Virus record (IMG/VR): IMGVR_UViG_3300042888_002422
Location: 1-53,543 of that record
Reading direction: 5' to 3' (one strand)
DNA: 53,543 nucleotides
Source: a virus
Taxonomy: Duplodnaviria; Caudoviricetes
Position numbers and translations under genes: made by a program. Shown in pieces: positions 1-9,705 of the stretch; positions within the stretch are counted from its first letter, which is position 1; each line of letters starts with the position of its first letter. Under the pieces are notes generated by a model that was not told the DNA's origin, searched no databases, and saw only the letters and a program-made list of their open reading frames with translations.

Positions 1-40
1 ACTCACGTTTTATCGTAGAGATTTTGCCTGTTTTACTCAT
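1..40 (-). CDS. 5' end of the next late/structural gene (MSKTGKISTIKRE...), running off the window edge
   Basis: ATG at 40-38, open to position 1; preceded by the same leader motif as other late genes. Confidence 0.55.
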   Translation of the reverse strand, partial: MSKTGKISTIKRE

Positions 41-60
41 TGTAATTTAATATTTAGTTA

Positions 61-507
61 TTATTGGTTTATTGTTTTATGCTTTCTTCTAGTGTCTGTC
101 ATTATCTTATGACAATTAGCACATCGAACATCACATTTATTTATTTCTTCTATTAATTTTTCAACAGACCAAGAATCTCTTACACCTACAGAAACACAAT
201 CTATTTTAGTTCCTCTAACGTGATCAAATTCTAAAACTCTTACATCTGCATTACCACAATCTACACAAGGATGTGTTTTAAAGTGATCTAAAACTACTTC
301 TCTATTTCTAGCTTTGCTTTTATTAACAGAACCAACTCTTATTTTTTTATACTCTTTGTCTTTTCTTTTAGCACTAAAATGTTCTAAATTTTTATCATGT
401 TTTAAATAATAATAGACTGAGCTTAAATTACAACTTAAAAGTTCAGCAATTTCTCTATATTTTTTACCTTCACTTCTAAGTTTGAGTACAGTTTCTTTTT
501 TACTCAT
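61..507 (-). CDS. Free-standing HNH endonuclease with N-terminal helix-turn-helix
   Basis: N-terminal YREIAELLSCNLSSVYYYL HTH; C-terminal CVDC...LEFDH...CDVRCANCH zinc-binding HNH signature. Confidence 0.85.
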   Translation of the reverse strand: MSKKETVLKLRSEGKKYREIAELLSCNLSSVYYYLKHDKNLEHFSAKRKDKEYKKIRVGSVNKSKARNREVVLDHFKTHPCVDCGNADVRVLEFDHVRGTKIDCVSVGVRDSWSVEKLIEEINKCDVRCANCHKIMTDTRRKHKTINQ

Positions 508-542
508 ATGTAGTTTAATTTAAAAAAATTGGTTTATTTTAG

Positions 543-616
543 TTGCGTGGCTGGGACTCGAACCCAGGACCTCTAGGTTATGAGCCTAGCAAGCTAACCA
601 ACTGCTCTACCACACT
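543..616 (-). tRNA. tRNA-Met(CAT), initiator (fMet)-like, CCA end not encoded
   Basis: Reverse complement AGTGTGGTAGAGCAGTTGGTTAGCTTGCTAGGCTCATAACCTAGAGGTCCTGGGTTCGAGTCCCAGCCACGCAA folds as a cloverleaf; anticodon loop CTCATAA; T-arm CTGGG-TTCGAGT-CCCAG; A1xA72 mismatch, A11-U24 pair. Confidence 0.93.
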
Positions 617-619
617 ATT

Positions 620-735
620 TGTAGAGTGTTCCAATTGAATGGAATGCAATACTGGAATGAACCCAAATATTCATCACTCTGGTTTGAGAATCATCCCCTC
701 TAGGAGGGAGAGGAGGTGAGGGGACTTTTCTCGGA
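620..735 (-). ncRNA. Candidate structured RNA/3' UTR between the capsid gene and the tRNA
   Basis: Stem TCCCCTC(694-700)/GAGGGGA(718-724) extended by GAGAA/TTCTC; second element closed by AGAGTG/CACTCT enclosing two hairpins; GC content far above background. Confidence 0.5.
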
Positions 736-745
736 ATTCTTATTA

Positions 746-2308
746 TTAGAATTGTGGGATTTCCTCGATCAACACAGTTCTTGATAAATCTTCAATAAAT
801 ACATCACATCTGTCTTTCATCCAGATTTCGTATCCTGGGAATTTGTTAGCACTTGACATACCTTGAGATTTAGCAAAACCTAAGTGATGACGAGTTCCAT
901 CAATATAACCCCATGTCATAGAAGGAGCACCTTTCATACGTACTTCTCTAATGTTATTTACCATTGATCCATCAGACATTGGAGAAACATCAAACACCAT
1001 AAATACTGGAGTAGATTTTTTGTTTTGTCCAAACTCTAAGTTAGTTTGTGGTAAATCTAATTCTTTTAAGTGAATTAATTCAATACGACCAGTTTCACGT
1101 GTAACCATTGCATCAAATGCAAAGTTGTAAGTGATATGTTGTCCTTCACCTTGCATGTATCTGTTTCCAGAATCAGCCATAAAAGTAAGACCAGAATTTA
1201 ATGCATCATTTTTTAAAGCTTGTTGGAATACATCAAATCCAGCCTCATTAGTGTACATTTTAACTGCTCTATCTTTTACATCCACTCTTCTGTAGAACAA
1301 ATCTCCAAATACTGAACGCAATAAGTTAGCAGAAAATTCTCCTCTGTTATATTGTACTAAGTTACCATTGTTACGCATTCTGTGGTAAACACCTGCAGAT
1401 GTACGTTTTACATTTTGTTGAGAACCTCCAGTTTTAACTGTACCTGGTTTAGCCCAAATCATACGTTTAACTTTCAATTCTAACATTGATTTACGCATCC
1501 AGAATTCAATAAATGGCTCCCATTTAACATCATTACGAGTTAAAGGTAATTGATTACGTCTTTGTGGTGCATATACTAAAATGTCTAATGGAGTTCCACT
1601 TGCATCTTTTAGCATTTTATCATCAGCCCATTCAGTGATTTTGTGCTCATAACCATATGCAGAACCTAAAGATTCAAACATTGTGATTTGCTCACCTAAT
1701 CTTGGAAGACCTAATAAGTCTTGATCAAACTCTCCTATAGCTGCATCAACTAATTCTAACTCAACTCCTACTTGTAAGAAAGTTCTAGTTACAAAATCTA
1801 CAGTTGGATTATCTGTAATTAATGTGAATGTGTATAAAAATCCTGCATTCCAAGGAGTTGGATCTTTGATTACATAAAATCTAGGACCATATTGACGAGT
1901 ACCTACAGAAACGATAGCATTTTTTGAAAATTCATTAGTATCTAATACTAAAGTAAATTCTTGTCCATCAATACCTGGTTTACCATTATCAAGTAAAGCT
2001 TGAGTAGTAGCAGTAATATCAATAATTTTAGGGAATTTATAAGGAACAGCAATTTGCCATTTCCAAGAATCACTATTATTATCTATGTAATAAGGTGTAG
2101 ACTTATTAATCATGTCTAAGAAATCATTGCTATACAATGAACTTTGTGTGTACAAGCTGATGATTTTTTTATCATAGTCAGCAGGTTCAGTAGAGTGAAA
2201 AGACTCTAAGTGATTGGAGTCAGTTAGTTTACCTACTGCACGCTTATCCATAGAAGCTACTCTAGCGTAAGTAAAACCAGTTAACCCTGGGATAGTTTGA
2301 ATACTCAT
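746..2308 (-). CDS. Major capsid protein (crAss-like, presumed HK97 fold)
   Basis: 520 aa; order terminase-portal-acidic protein-this gene; strongly biased codon usage; size and composition fit crAss-like MCPs. Confidence 0.85.
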   Translation of the reverse strand: MSIQTIPGLTGFTYARVASMDKRAVGKLTDSNHLESFHSTEPADYDKKIISLYTQSSLYSNDFLDMINKSTPYYIDNNSDSWKWQIAVPYKFPKIIDITATTQALLDNGKPGIDGQEFTLVLDTNEFSKNAIVSVGTRQYGPRFYVIKDPTPWNAGFLYTFTLITDNPTVDFVTRTFLQVGVELELVDAAIGEFDQDLLGLPRLGEQITMFESLGSAYGYEHKITEWADDKMLKDASGTPLDILVYAPQRRNQLPLTRNDVKWEPFIEFWMRKSMLELKVKRMIWAKPGTVKTGGSQQNVKRTSAGVYHRMRNNGNLVQYNRGEFSANLLRSVFGDLFYRRVDVKDRAVKMYTNEAGFDVFQQALKNDALNSGLTFMADSGNRYMQGEGQHITYNFAFDAMVTRETGRIELIHLKELDLPQTNLEFGQNKKSTPVFMVFDVSPMSDGSMVNNIREVRMKGAPSMTWGYIDGTRHHLGFAKSQGMSSANKFPGYEIWMKDRCDVFIEDLSRTVLIEEIPQF

Positions 2309-2348
2309 GTTATTATAATTTTTGTGTTAATTAATTGTTTATTGTTTT

Positions 2349-3587
2349 TTATTGAAACCAAGAACTTGGATTTGTTTTTGAAGTGGATGAAGATTTTTCT
2401 TTTGAAACTTGTCTTGCTACTTCTCCAAATAATGAATCTGTTTTTTTAGTTACACCAGTCTTTTGAATGGTTGATAATGTAGGATCTTTTTCTAATATTT
2501 TTAAAAGTAATCCCACTTTAACTTTCATGGCATGATTTTCAGGTCTTTTAAGATCTAATATAGTTCTATCAAAATCTGATAATGTTTCTCCTGTAGGAGT
2601 TTTCCATTTATCTACCAATAGAAAATCTTGTAACTCATTTACTAACTTAGGATTTAATGGAATACCATCAAACTCTTTTGCTTTCATTTTTTCTGTTAAA
2701 ATATTTTGTACATTATTAATGTATTGATTTTTAACACCTTGTTTTTGTTGTAACTCTTGTTCAGCTTTAGTTTCAATTTGAGCTAGTTTAGAAGCTTCTT
2801 TTTTAACTAATACTTTATGATGTTTAGTTGCAACAGTTTCAAGATCACCATAATTTTGTAGTCTTTCAATTTCTGAATCAATATCTTCATGATCAAAACC
2901 TTGATCTGCTAATGCTTGTTTCATTATTGTTTTTTGGTTTGCTTCTGTAGATAAATCCATTTCAGCAAAATTTACAACAGAATTATATGTATTAAAATAC
3001 TCTTTAGGATCTGCTCCTTTTACAAATATAGCCTCGAATGCATTTTGGTAATCTTCTCCAAATTGTCCTATAAAGTTTTCTACAATTTCTGATGCACCTT
3101 TTTTCTTTTCAGAATTAAACTTTTCTAAGAATTGTTCCGGTGTTGATATTGCTTCTTCATCATCGTCATCTTTATTAAAAACTCCAAGTTTATAAAGATC
3201 ATTTGCTAAAGCACTGAATTGTGTTCCTTCTGGAGCATCGGGTTCCTCTGTATTAGGTTCAGTAGGTTTTGCTTTAACAACTGGAGGGGTGTCAACATCA
3301 TCATCATCATCATTATCTCCTAAGAAATTAGATATTGCAGATTGAGATTTTGTATTATCATCATCTCCTTCTTCTATAGGTGTAATAGTTTTACCTTTAG
3401 GGACTGCTGGGGCTTCAGGAGCTGCAGCTGGAGTTGCTTCTTTAATGATAGGAGTTACATCTTCTGGATTAGAAGTAGATGTTTCTGGTTCAAACAAACC
3501 TTGAAGTAATTCTTGGTTTCCCATTCCCATATCCATTGTACCTTGAATGCTAAAAGCATCCATTGATATTTCTGTATTATCAGCCAT
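2349..3587 (-). CDS. Acidic scaffold-like/head assembly protein
   Basis: 412 aa, acidic low-complexity N-terminus plus coiled coil, located between portal and MCP as in crAss-like head modules. Confidence 0.65.
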   Translation of the reverse strand: MADNTEISMDAFSIQGTMDMGMGNQELLQGLFEPETSTSNPEDVTPIIKEATPAAAPEAPAVPKGKTITPIEEGDDDNTKSQSAISNFLGDNDDDDDVDTPPVVKAKPTEPNTEEPDAPEGTQFSALANDLYKLGVFNKDDDDEEAISTPEQFLEKFNSEKKKGASEIVENFIGQFGEDYQNAFEAIFVKGADPKEYFNTYNSVVNFAEMDLSTEANQKTIMKQALADQGFDHEDIDSEIERLQNYGDLETVATKHHKVLVKKEASKLAQIETKAEQELQQKQGVKNQYINNVQNILTEKMKAKEFDGIPLNPKLVNELQDFLLVDKWKTPTGETLSDFDRTILDLKRPENHAMKVKVGLLLKILEKDPTLSTIQKTGVTKKTDSLFGEVARQVSKEKSSSTSKTNPSSWFQ

Positions 3588-3626
3588 AATGTAGTTTGTA
3601 TTTAATAATTTGGTTTTATTTACGTG

Positions 3627-3657
3627 TAAAAATATAATGTATATATCTTATATCAAA
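3627..3657 (-). promoter_or_regulatory. Near-consensus Bacteroidota sigma70 promoter for the scaffold/capsid genes
   Basis: Minus strand TTTG-N19-TATTTTTA (consensus TTTG-N19-21-TAnnTTTG, one mismatch). Confidence 0.5.
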
Positions 3658-3730
3658 GGAATATATAACTTTATCTAATATTTTTTGTTATAATATAGCA
3701 TTAAAGTTATATTCCTTTAATAAAGAATTA

Positions 3731-6316
3731 TTATTTAGCCTTGTTTCTCCCTTTAGCATTTTCTTTTGCTACAGCAAGATCATTAGCCATATTTTCTCTA
3801 GCTACTGCAATCTTCTCTTGTTCTACAGCCATTTTAGTATCAAACTGTTTATTTTTTGAAGATATATCAGCCATTTTAGATTGATAATCTTTTGCAGCTT
3901 TATCTTGTTCATGTGTTAATTTATTCATTTCCATTATATCAGGAACTGCATTTTCATTAACATCTTCTGATCCCACTTTACCAAATCCTGTAGCTTGTAT
4001 AATAGCAATTTCTTTTCTTGAAATTCTATCTAGATCTTTTTGATAATCATCATGAGCAATTTGTTCTTCATGTTGTTGTGCAGCTTGTTGAATCTGAGCT
4101 TGAGCTTGTTCTTTTTGTTGATCAAGAGCTTGTTGTTTTTGTTGCATTTCTTGTTGTTGAATTGCTTGTTGTTGGTCTCTAAGATCTTTAAATACTTTTT
4201 TCATCTCTCTCATAGACTTAGTACTGTATAATTCAATAACATCATATATACTTCCACCATTTTGCATAAGAGGTTGTGCAAGTGCTCTGATTTCATTAAA
4301 CATTTGTGTATCTTCTGGTCTATTTGTAGGAAACACTTTTAAGTCACGAAATTTAAGATCTGTACCATTTACTTGTATAAATGCAGATAAGCCCTCAGAT
4401 GTAATATATGATAGCGTACTTTGTGGTTTAGAACTTTCTATATATTGTGATGCGTCTATTATTGCTTGATACAATTGTCCTTGTACATATTCGTGCGCTA
4501 CAAATAAAGGTTCTGTTTGTGAATAAGATTGTTGCATTGCTGTATTAGTACCTGTAGCTGTTTCTGAGGAAGATACATTACCCATACGTTGTTTAGACAT
4601 ACCTACTAATTCCCAACATTCCATTTTAATTTGTTGTGCTAAAGTATATCTAGATTGTATCTCTTGTGTACGTGTTAGATCAAGAGCTGTAAATTGGTTA
4701 AATGAACTTGGGGCTTTTAAGTTTTCAGGGCTATCATCAATAAATACTACACCTCTATTACGAGCTTCCATTTCCCACATATCAAGAGCATCTTGTGCAT
4801 CTCCATCTTTAGGAACAGGTACGTGTCTTAATGACATAAGTTGTACTTTACCAACTTCTTTTTCAAGTAATTTGTATAATTGATTCATACAAACATTATA
4901 TATTACTTGAAAAGGTTTCATAAGATCTATCAAGCTTTTTGCTTCTGTATTCTTAACTTCATGTGTTGTACCTATAATAGGGCAATAGTTTAAAAGATTA
5001 AAAGGTTTAATATGGTAAATATCTGGGCCTATTTTAATTCCTTGATACCATTGGTTAATCCAACCCCATTCAAGAGATTGTTGTGATGGCATAGTACCTG
5101 ATTTATAATTTTCATCAACAAGTGTTGATTGCTCATTACCCATTTCATCTATATAAATAAGTTTACCTATTTTCTTTTTAGAAATCCAATAGCTTCTTAC
5201 AACAACATATTTATACCCAAATGAACTTACATTATTAGTAAGGCCTAAAAAGTCTTTAAGTCCATCATTATTTTCTTTCATTTCTGATTCAATCATCATT
5301 CTTGTTTGTAAAACAAGTGGATCAAATGTATCATACTGAACAGAGTCTTGACCTTCTGGTGCATTAGGGTTACCAAGGTTAGATTCTCTAACATTAATTA
5401 ATCCATAATCTTGAAGAGAAGAACGTAAATGATCTATTTCTTCTTTAGTAATATCTGGTATAGCTTCAATAATTTCAGATAGTTCCATAACTTGCACAGT
5501 TCCAGCAGCATAAGCTCCTTGAGCTCTACCAGTTGGATCTGATACCCATTTCCTATCAGGAGTAGTAAGGAACCAAGTATTTTTTGGGTTAGCCACTTCA
5601 ATGTTAAAACCAAGTTTTGAGTTGTCTTCATATATATGATAAAATTCACGAGCACTAATTAACATATCTCTAAATGCATCTTCACCTTTTTCTTTAATAT
5701 TAAATTCTGCTTTCATGCATGTAAGAATATGGTTAGCCCATTTTTCTGCTACAGAAGTATAACTATCAAGTTGATCTTTAACTTGTTCCATTGACATTTG
5801 TTCAAGTTCCTCATCTTCTGGAATCTCTTGCCCGGACATTGTTAATTTTTGTAATATCTTTTCTTTAGCTTGTGCTAATATATATTTTTGAAGAGTTTCT
5901 GTTTTAAATTGTAATTCTTCAGCTTGACTATCATCATCAAAAGCTTTCACTCTATATGTATCAGGTCTTTTAGAACACTCACCAATTAATTCATTAATAG
6001 GTGTAGTAACAATAGAATAATGTTTTACATATGCAGGAAGGCCTATGTTAGTTTCTAACATGTCTACAAAACTCTTAGTATCAGGTTCTTGGTAGAAATC
6101 TTCTGCTCTAAGAATACCTTTTACAAGATCATAATTAGGAACAAATGTATCTCTATTTTTAATATATTCAGCATAAGCTTTGTTAGCAAAATAATCCATT
6201 GAATTTTTTATCCAACTTTCATCTTGTTTTTCTTTATCAGTTTTAAACTGATCAGGAAATATATTCAGATAAGCGTATCTGATTGTAGCATCTTTTGTAT
6301 ACCTAATTATTGCCAT
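3731..6316 (-). CDS. Portal protein
   Basis: 861 aa directly downstream of terminase; ELVGMSKQRMG...ETATG motif and Q-rich C-terminal coiled coil typical of large crAss-like portals. Confidence 0.85.
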   Translation of the reverse strand: MAIIRYTKDATIRYAYLNIFPDQFKTDKEKQDESWIKNSMDYFANKAYAEYIKNRDTFVPNYDLVKGILRAEDFYQEPDTKSFVDMLETNIGLPAYVKHYSIVTTPINELIGECSKRPDTYRVKAFDDDSQAEELQFKTETLQKYILAQAKEKILQKLTMSGQEIPEDEELEQMSMEQVKDQLDSYTSVAEKWANHILTCMKAEFNIKEKGEDAFRDMLISAREFYHIYEDNSKLGFNIEVANPKNTWFLTTPDRKWVSDPTGRAQGAYAAGTVQVMELSEIIEAIPDITKEEIDHLRSSLQDYGLINVRESNLGNPNAPEGQDSVQYDTFDPLVLQTRMMIESEMKENNDGLKDFLGLTNNVSSFGYKYVVVRSYWISKKKIGKLIYIDEMGNEQSTLVDENYKSGTMPSQQSLEWGWINQWYQGIKIGPDIYHIKPFNLLNYCPIIGTTHEVKNTEAKSLIDLMKPFQVIYNVCMNQLYKLLEKEVGKVQLMSLRHVPVPKDGDAQDALDMWEMEARNRGVVFIDDSPENLKAPSSFNQFTALDLTRTQEIQSRYTLAQQIKMECWELVGMSKQRMGNVSSSETATGTNTAMQQSYSQTEPLFVAHEYVQGQLYQAIIDASQYIESSKPQSTLSYITSEGLSAFIQVNGTDLKFRDLKVFPTNRPEDTQMFNEIRALAQPLMQNGGSIYDVIELYSTKSMREMKKVFKDLRDQQQAIQQQEMQQKQQALDQQKEQAQAQIQQAAQQHEEQIAHDDYQKDLDRISRKEIAIIQATGFGKVGSEDVNENAVPDIMEMNKLTHEQDKAAKDYQSKMADISSKNKQFDTKMAVEQEKIAVARENMANDLAVAKENAKGRNKAK

Positions 6317-8346
6317 TATGTAAATAATTTACGTTGTTTGTTATTAAAAATTCCTGAAGATTCAGAAAATAATCTATTTTTTTTCTTTTTTGCATATAAA
6401 GAATCAATCCTTATATCTTGTTTCTCTCCCACTCTTCCATATAATGGATCCATTTTCATAGCTAAAGCAATAGCAAGTTCTGCAGCAATAAGTCTATCTG
6501 TATTCAGGTCATCATTAAACTGAATGATTTCTTCAAGTAATACAGGGTCTAGTATTTTACTCACTCCTTGTATTTCTTTTATTGTATCCCCATCATCATT
6601 AGTTTCTTTATATATAGTTTCTTCCATATATTTTTTCAAGCAACCGTGAAGGAATGTTCTAATTTTTTCTGCTGATCTATGTATTCCATAATCTCTTCTA
6701 ACAGTAGTGTTTGGAACAATTTCTGTAAGCCATTGTGGTTGTCTTTCTAGATAATGAGCATCTCCTTTAGCTATCATATAATCTATAAAAGATATTTCAT
6801 CATTTTCACAAAGAGTTCTAGCATTATAATATTTAATTAAAAGTCTAGCTTGTTCTTCCCACACTTCTTTTTTGTCTGGTCTAGCACAATAACTAGCAAC
6901 AAACATATCTTGGTAATTTTCTCCTGATATAGCATTCATTCTTTTATAAATGTATACAGCTCCAAGAGAACTTGAGTATGCAGATTTACCTTGTCTATAT
7001 GGATCCACTCCTGCTACATACAAACCATATGGAGGATTTGCAATTGGAAACTCATATATAACAACAGGAGCATCTTTGCTATCCATTTGTTTTAATGGAA
7101 AATTAGAAATAGGCATTCTATCTGTAAACTCATGAGCAACAGTACCTTCATTATTATACAAAACAACAGGAGTTCCTGTTTTTTCTAAATGTAACAATCT
7201 CTGTTGTTGTCTTTTAGCTGACTCAACATCAAACATATTTTCTTGTGAAGAAAGAAAACATTCCTCTTCTGTTAAAGGAAAATACATTATTTGTTTTAAA
7301 TATAATGTTCTATCCGGGTTAGCTTTTTTAGCCTCTCTTTCTTTTGTAATAGTAGCTAAAGCTTTTTCTTTATTAGCTACATTAATAATTATATTAGCAA
7401 GATCATTATCTTTTGGTAGCTCTATACCTTTTTCTTTAATTAACCATTGATCTAGTGGCATTAGTTCTTTACAATCTTGTCTATATATACCAGATAAAAA
7501 TAACCCTGTTTTTTTATTTGTAATAGGGTCTTCAATTGCTAAGAAATTATTGGCATCCGGATTATAGAAAAAATTCTCAGCATCTTTACCATGGTCAAAT
7601 GAACCACCTGTTCCTACAAGAATAGGAACAGCTCTCCAGCCATTCTTACCTTTAAATGCAGGTTCTGCTGCAGCAAAAGCATTAGCAAATCCATATTTTC
7701 CCACCTCATCCATAATAAAAGATTTTGCTGTAGTACCAGCTGCCACCTCTGTTTTATTACCATCTTGTGCATTACGAATAACTATATAACTCCATATTTG
7801 ATCTTCACCATCAGGAGACTTATAGCCCAGTCTTACTTGGTTACTTCTCCAAGTTTTATCAAGGCGTGGAATTTTAATACCACCCCATAAATTATTAAGA
7901 CCAAAATCAACTTTATCTTTTAATAAAGACAAGTCATTATCGTTACCACAAACAATTACATTCTGTGTATTTTGAAACAATGTAGCATTCATACCAAAAT
8001 AGGATGCTTCCATTTCACTCTTTCCTCCTTGTCGCCCACCTATTTCAATATACCCTTTTCTTTCCTTCTTGCAATTTTCTAAATGTTCAGCTCTTATCCA
8101 TTCATTATCACGAAGCTCAGGGAGGCGTTTTACACGTATATCATTACCATATTGATCTACTTCATCAATACGTATCCACCAATGGTTTATATGCCAGTAT
8201 AGCCACCCTGAGATGTGTACACCATTTACATTAACACCACCTGTACATTTCTCAACTTCCCAATCTATTAATTGCTTAAACTCTTCGGACCCAGGAGGAG
8301 GAAGAGTTTTTATATTACTAAAGAATTCTGTAGATTTTATATCCAT
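6316..8346 (-). CDS. terL: Terminase large subunit
   Basis: Walker A-like GGRQGGKS, Walker B FIMDEVG, coupling motif VGTGG, RNase H-like nuclease YVAGVDPY ... DRLIA. Confidence 0.93.
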   Translation of the reverse strand: MDIKSTEFFSNIKTLPPPGSEEFKQLIDWEVEKCTGGVNVNGVHISGWLYWHINHWWIRIDEVDQYGNDIRVKRLPELRDNEWIRAEHLENCKKERKGYIEIGGRQGGKSEMEASYFGMNATLFQNTQNVIVCGNDNDLSLLKDKVDFGLNNLWGGIKIPRLDKTWRSNQVRLGYKSPDGEDQIWSYIVIRNAQDGNKTEVAAGTTAKSFIMDEVGKYGFANAFAAAEPAFKGKNGWRAVPILVGTGGSFDHGKDAENFFYNPDANNFLAIEDPITNKKTGLFLSGIYRQDCKELMPLDQWLIKEKGIELPKDNDLANIIINVANKEKALATITKEREAKKANPDRTLYLKQIMYFPLTEEECFLSSQENMFDVESAKRQQQRLLHLEKTGTPVVLYNNEGTVAHEFTDRMPISNFPLKQMDSKDAPVVIYEFPIANPPYGLYVAGVDPYRQGKSAYSSSLGAVYIYKRMNAISGENYQDMFVASYCARPDKKEVWEEQARLLIKYYNARTLCENDEISFIDYMIAKGDAHYLERQPQWLTEIVPNTTVRRDYGIHRSAEKIRTFLHGCLKKYMEETIYKETNDDGDTIKEIQGVSKILDPVLLEEIIQFNDDLNTDRLIAAELAIALAMKMDPLYGRVGEKQDIRIDSLYAKKKKNRLFSESSGIFNNKQRKLFT

Positions 8347-8657
8347 TATTGCATTCTATGAGGAACATCAGCTGAGCCTCTTGCTTCTTTTTTAGTCACT
8401 TCTTTTTCTCTCATACTATCTACTGTTCTTAAAATCTCAGCATAATCTTTAAGAGCTTGTGTTAAGTCTTTTCTTTGAGACTCCTTATTGGCAACTAATG
8501 TAGGAATAAGGCCACCTTGTTTAGTTTCTTTATAAGCCATTCTATCAGCTAGTGTAGAATAGGGATTTGCCTCTATATATTCTTTTAGTTCTGAAAGTTG
8601 TCTTTCTAAAAACTCCAATTCATATTCTATAAGTAGTGCTTTTTTTACTATTGCCAT
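8346..8657 (-). CDS. Helical protein, possible terminase small subunit
   Basis: 103 aa, overlaps the TerL start, coiled-coil character; call is positional only. Confidence 0.4.
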   Translation of the reverse strand: MAIVKKALLIEYELEFLERQLSELKEYIEANPYSTLADRMAYKETKQGGLIPTLVANKESQRKDLTQALKDYAEILRTVDSMREKEVTKKEARGSADVPHRMQ

Positions 8658-8659
8658 TA

Positions 8660-8926
8660 TTATATATCGTTTAGATTATATCTTGTTTTAATTTTATCAT
8701 TTACAAGAGGTAATTCAATATGCCAATGATTCATTTTATCATCATATTCAGTTACATCTTCTTCTTGATTTAAAAAATCTTGCATACCTTCTATATGAGC
8801 TAATGTGTATTTTCCTACATTAACTATTTCTGAAAAAGGATTATGAACATCATCATAAGAATTTCCTAATAGATTTTTAACATAATCGTGTCTTATAACA
8901 TTAAGACTTATTTTTGGTACGTTCAT
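8660..8926 (-). CDS. Hypothetical protein
   Basis: ORF in operon, AACTACAT leader. Confidence 0.6.
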   Translation of the reverse strand: MNVPKISLNVIRHDYVKNLLGNSYDDVHNPFSEIVNVGKYTLAHIEGMQDFLNQEEDVTEYDDKMNHWHIELPLVNDKIKTRYNLNDI

Positions 8927-8949
8927 TATGTAGTTATTAAAATGTATTA

Positions 8950-9204
8950 CTATTCTTCGTTATCAAGAATGTGTTCTAAATCCATTCCCTCTTTTATTAT
9001 TTGTTCAATATCTTCTGAATGAGGTGTATCACTTTCTAGCTCGCTAAGATAATCATTTAATCTATTGAAAAACATTTTATCTGAAAGATTTTCTATAACG
9101 GATTCATCTAAGGCTCTAGATAAATGTTTTCCCAAAGATATTTCAGGAATTGTTTGTTTAAGTTTTCTTAGAATAGTTAAACTTCTATCATAATACGTTC
9201 TCAT
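8950..9204 (-). CDS. Hypothetical protein
   Basis: Tightly packed ORF in operon. Confidence 0.7.
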   Translation of the reverse strand: MRTYYDRSLTILRKLKQTIPEISLGKHLSRALDESVIENLSDKMFFNRLNDYLSELESDTPHSEDIEQIIKEGMDLEHILDNEE

Positions 9205-9446
9205 AATAATCTATTAATATCTTCTTCAGATAATATATTTTTTTCTGCTATCACTACTTTTTCTACATCACCATCTTCTGAAGTATTTTCAAAATGATAT
9301 TCCTTTTGTATAGAAATTTTAATAACATCCTGTTCACCTTCTTCGTCAATATAACCTTCTATATCTATAAAATCATACCCGCTTTCATAAACATCTAATA
9401 ATATTTCCATTAGTTGTTCAATAGGAATTTGTTTTAATTTATTCAT
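9201..9446 (-). CDS. Acidic hypothetical protein (likely start MNKLKQIP at 9446)
   Basis: The shorter start avoids a long overlap with the upstream zinc-binding ORF. Confidence 0.65.
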   Translation of the reverse strand: MNKLKQIPIEQLMEILLDVYESGYDFIDIEGYIDEEGEQDVIKISIQKEYHFENTSEDGDVEKVVIAEKNILSEEDINRLL

Positions 9447-9705
9447 TTTTTTCTTTATTAAGGACTGCAGTCCATTTGTTTTCAGGACAAGAACATGATA
9501 AGCATTTTGTTTTAGCAGATAATGTACATCCACAACTTGTACAATGTTTATCAGGTCTTATAGACGTATGATTTTTTGAATGAAAAGGGCATGCTTTACA
9601 TATACTCATTCTATACTTTGACACCTCAAGAATTTGTGCATCTAAATATTGTCCAGGTGTAAGATTGTTAACCCACCCTTCAGCAATCTCTGTTAACTTA
9701 CTCAT
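9439..9705 (-). CDS. Small Cys-rich zinc-binding protein
   Basis: CKACP, CTSCGC, C..CSCP..KW motifs. Confidence 0.75.
   Translation of the reverse strand: MSKLTEIAEGWVNNLTPGQYLDAQILEVSKYRMSICKACPFHSKNHTSIRPDKHCTSCGCTLSAKTKCLSCSCPENKWTAVLNKEKNE

Noticed and set aside
620-682. Hammerhead ribozyme before the tRNA
   Set aside because: No CUGAnGA / GAAA core in the junction
4040-8395. Plus-strand ORFs inside portal and terminase
   Set aside because: Antisense shadows of strong genes, no ATG leader or protein motifs
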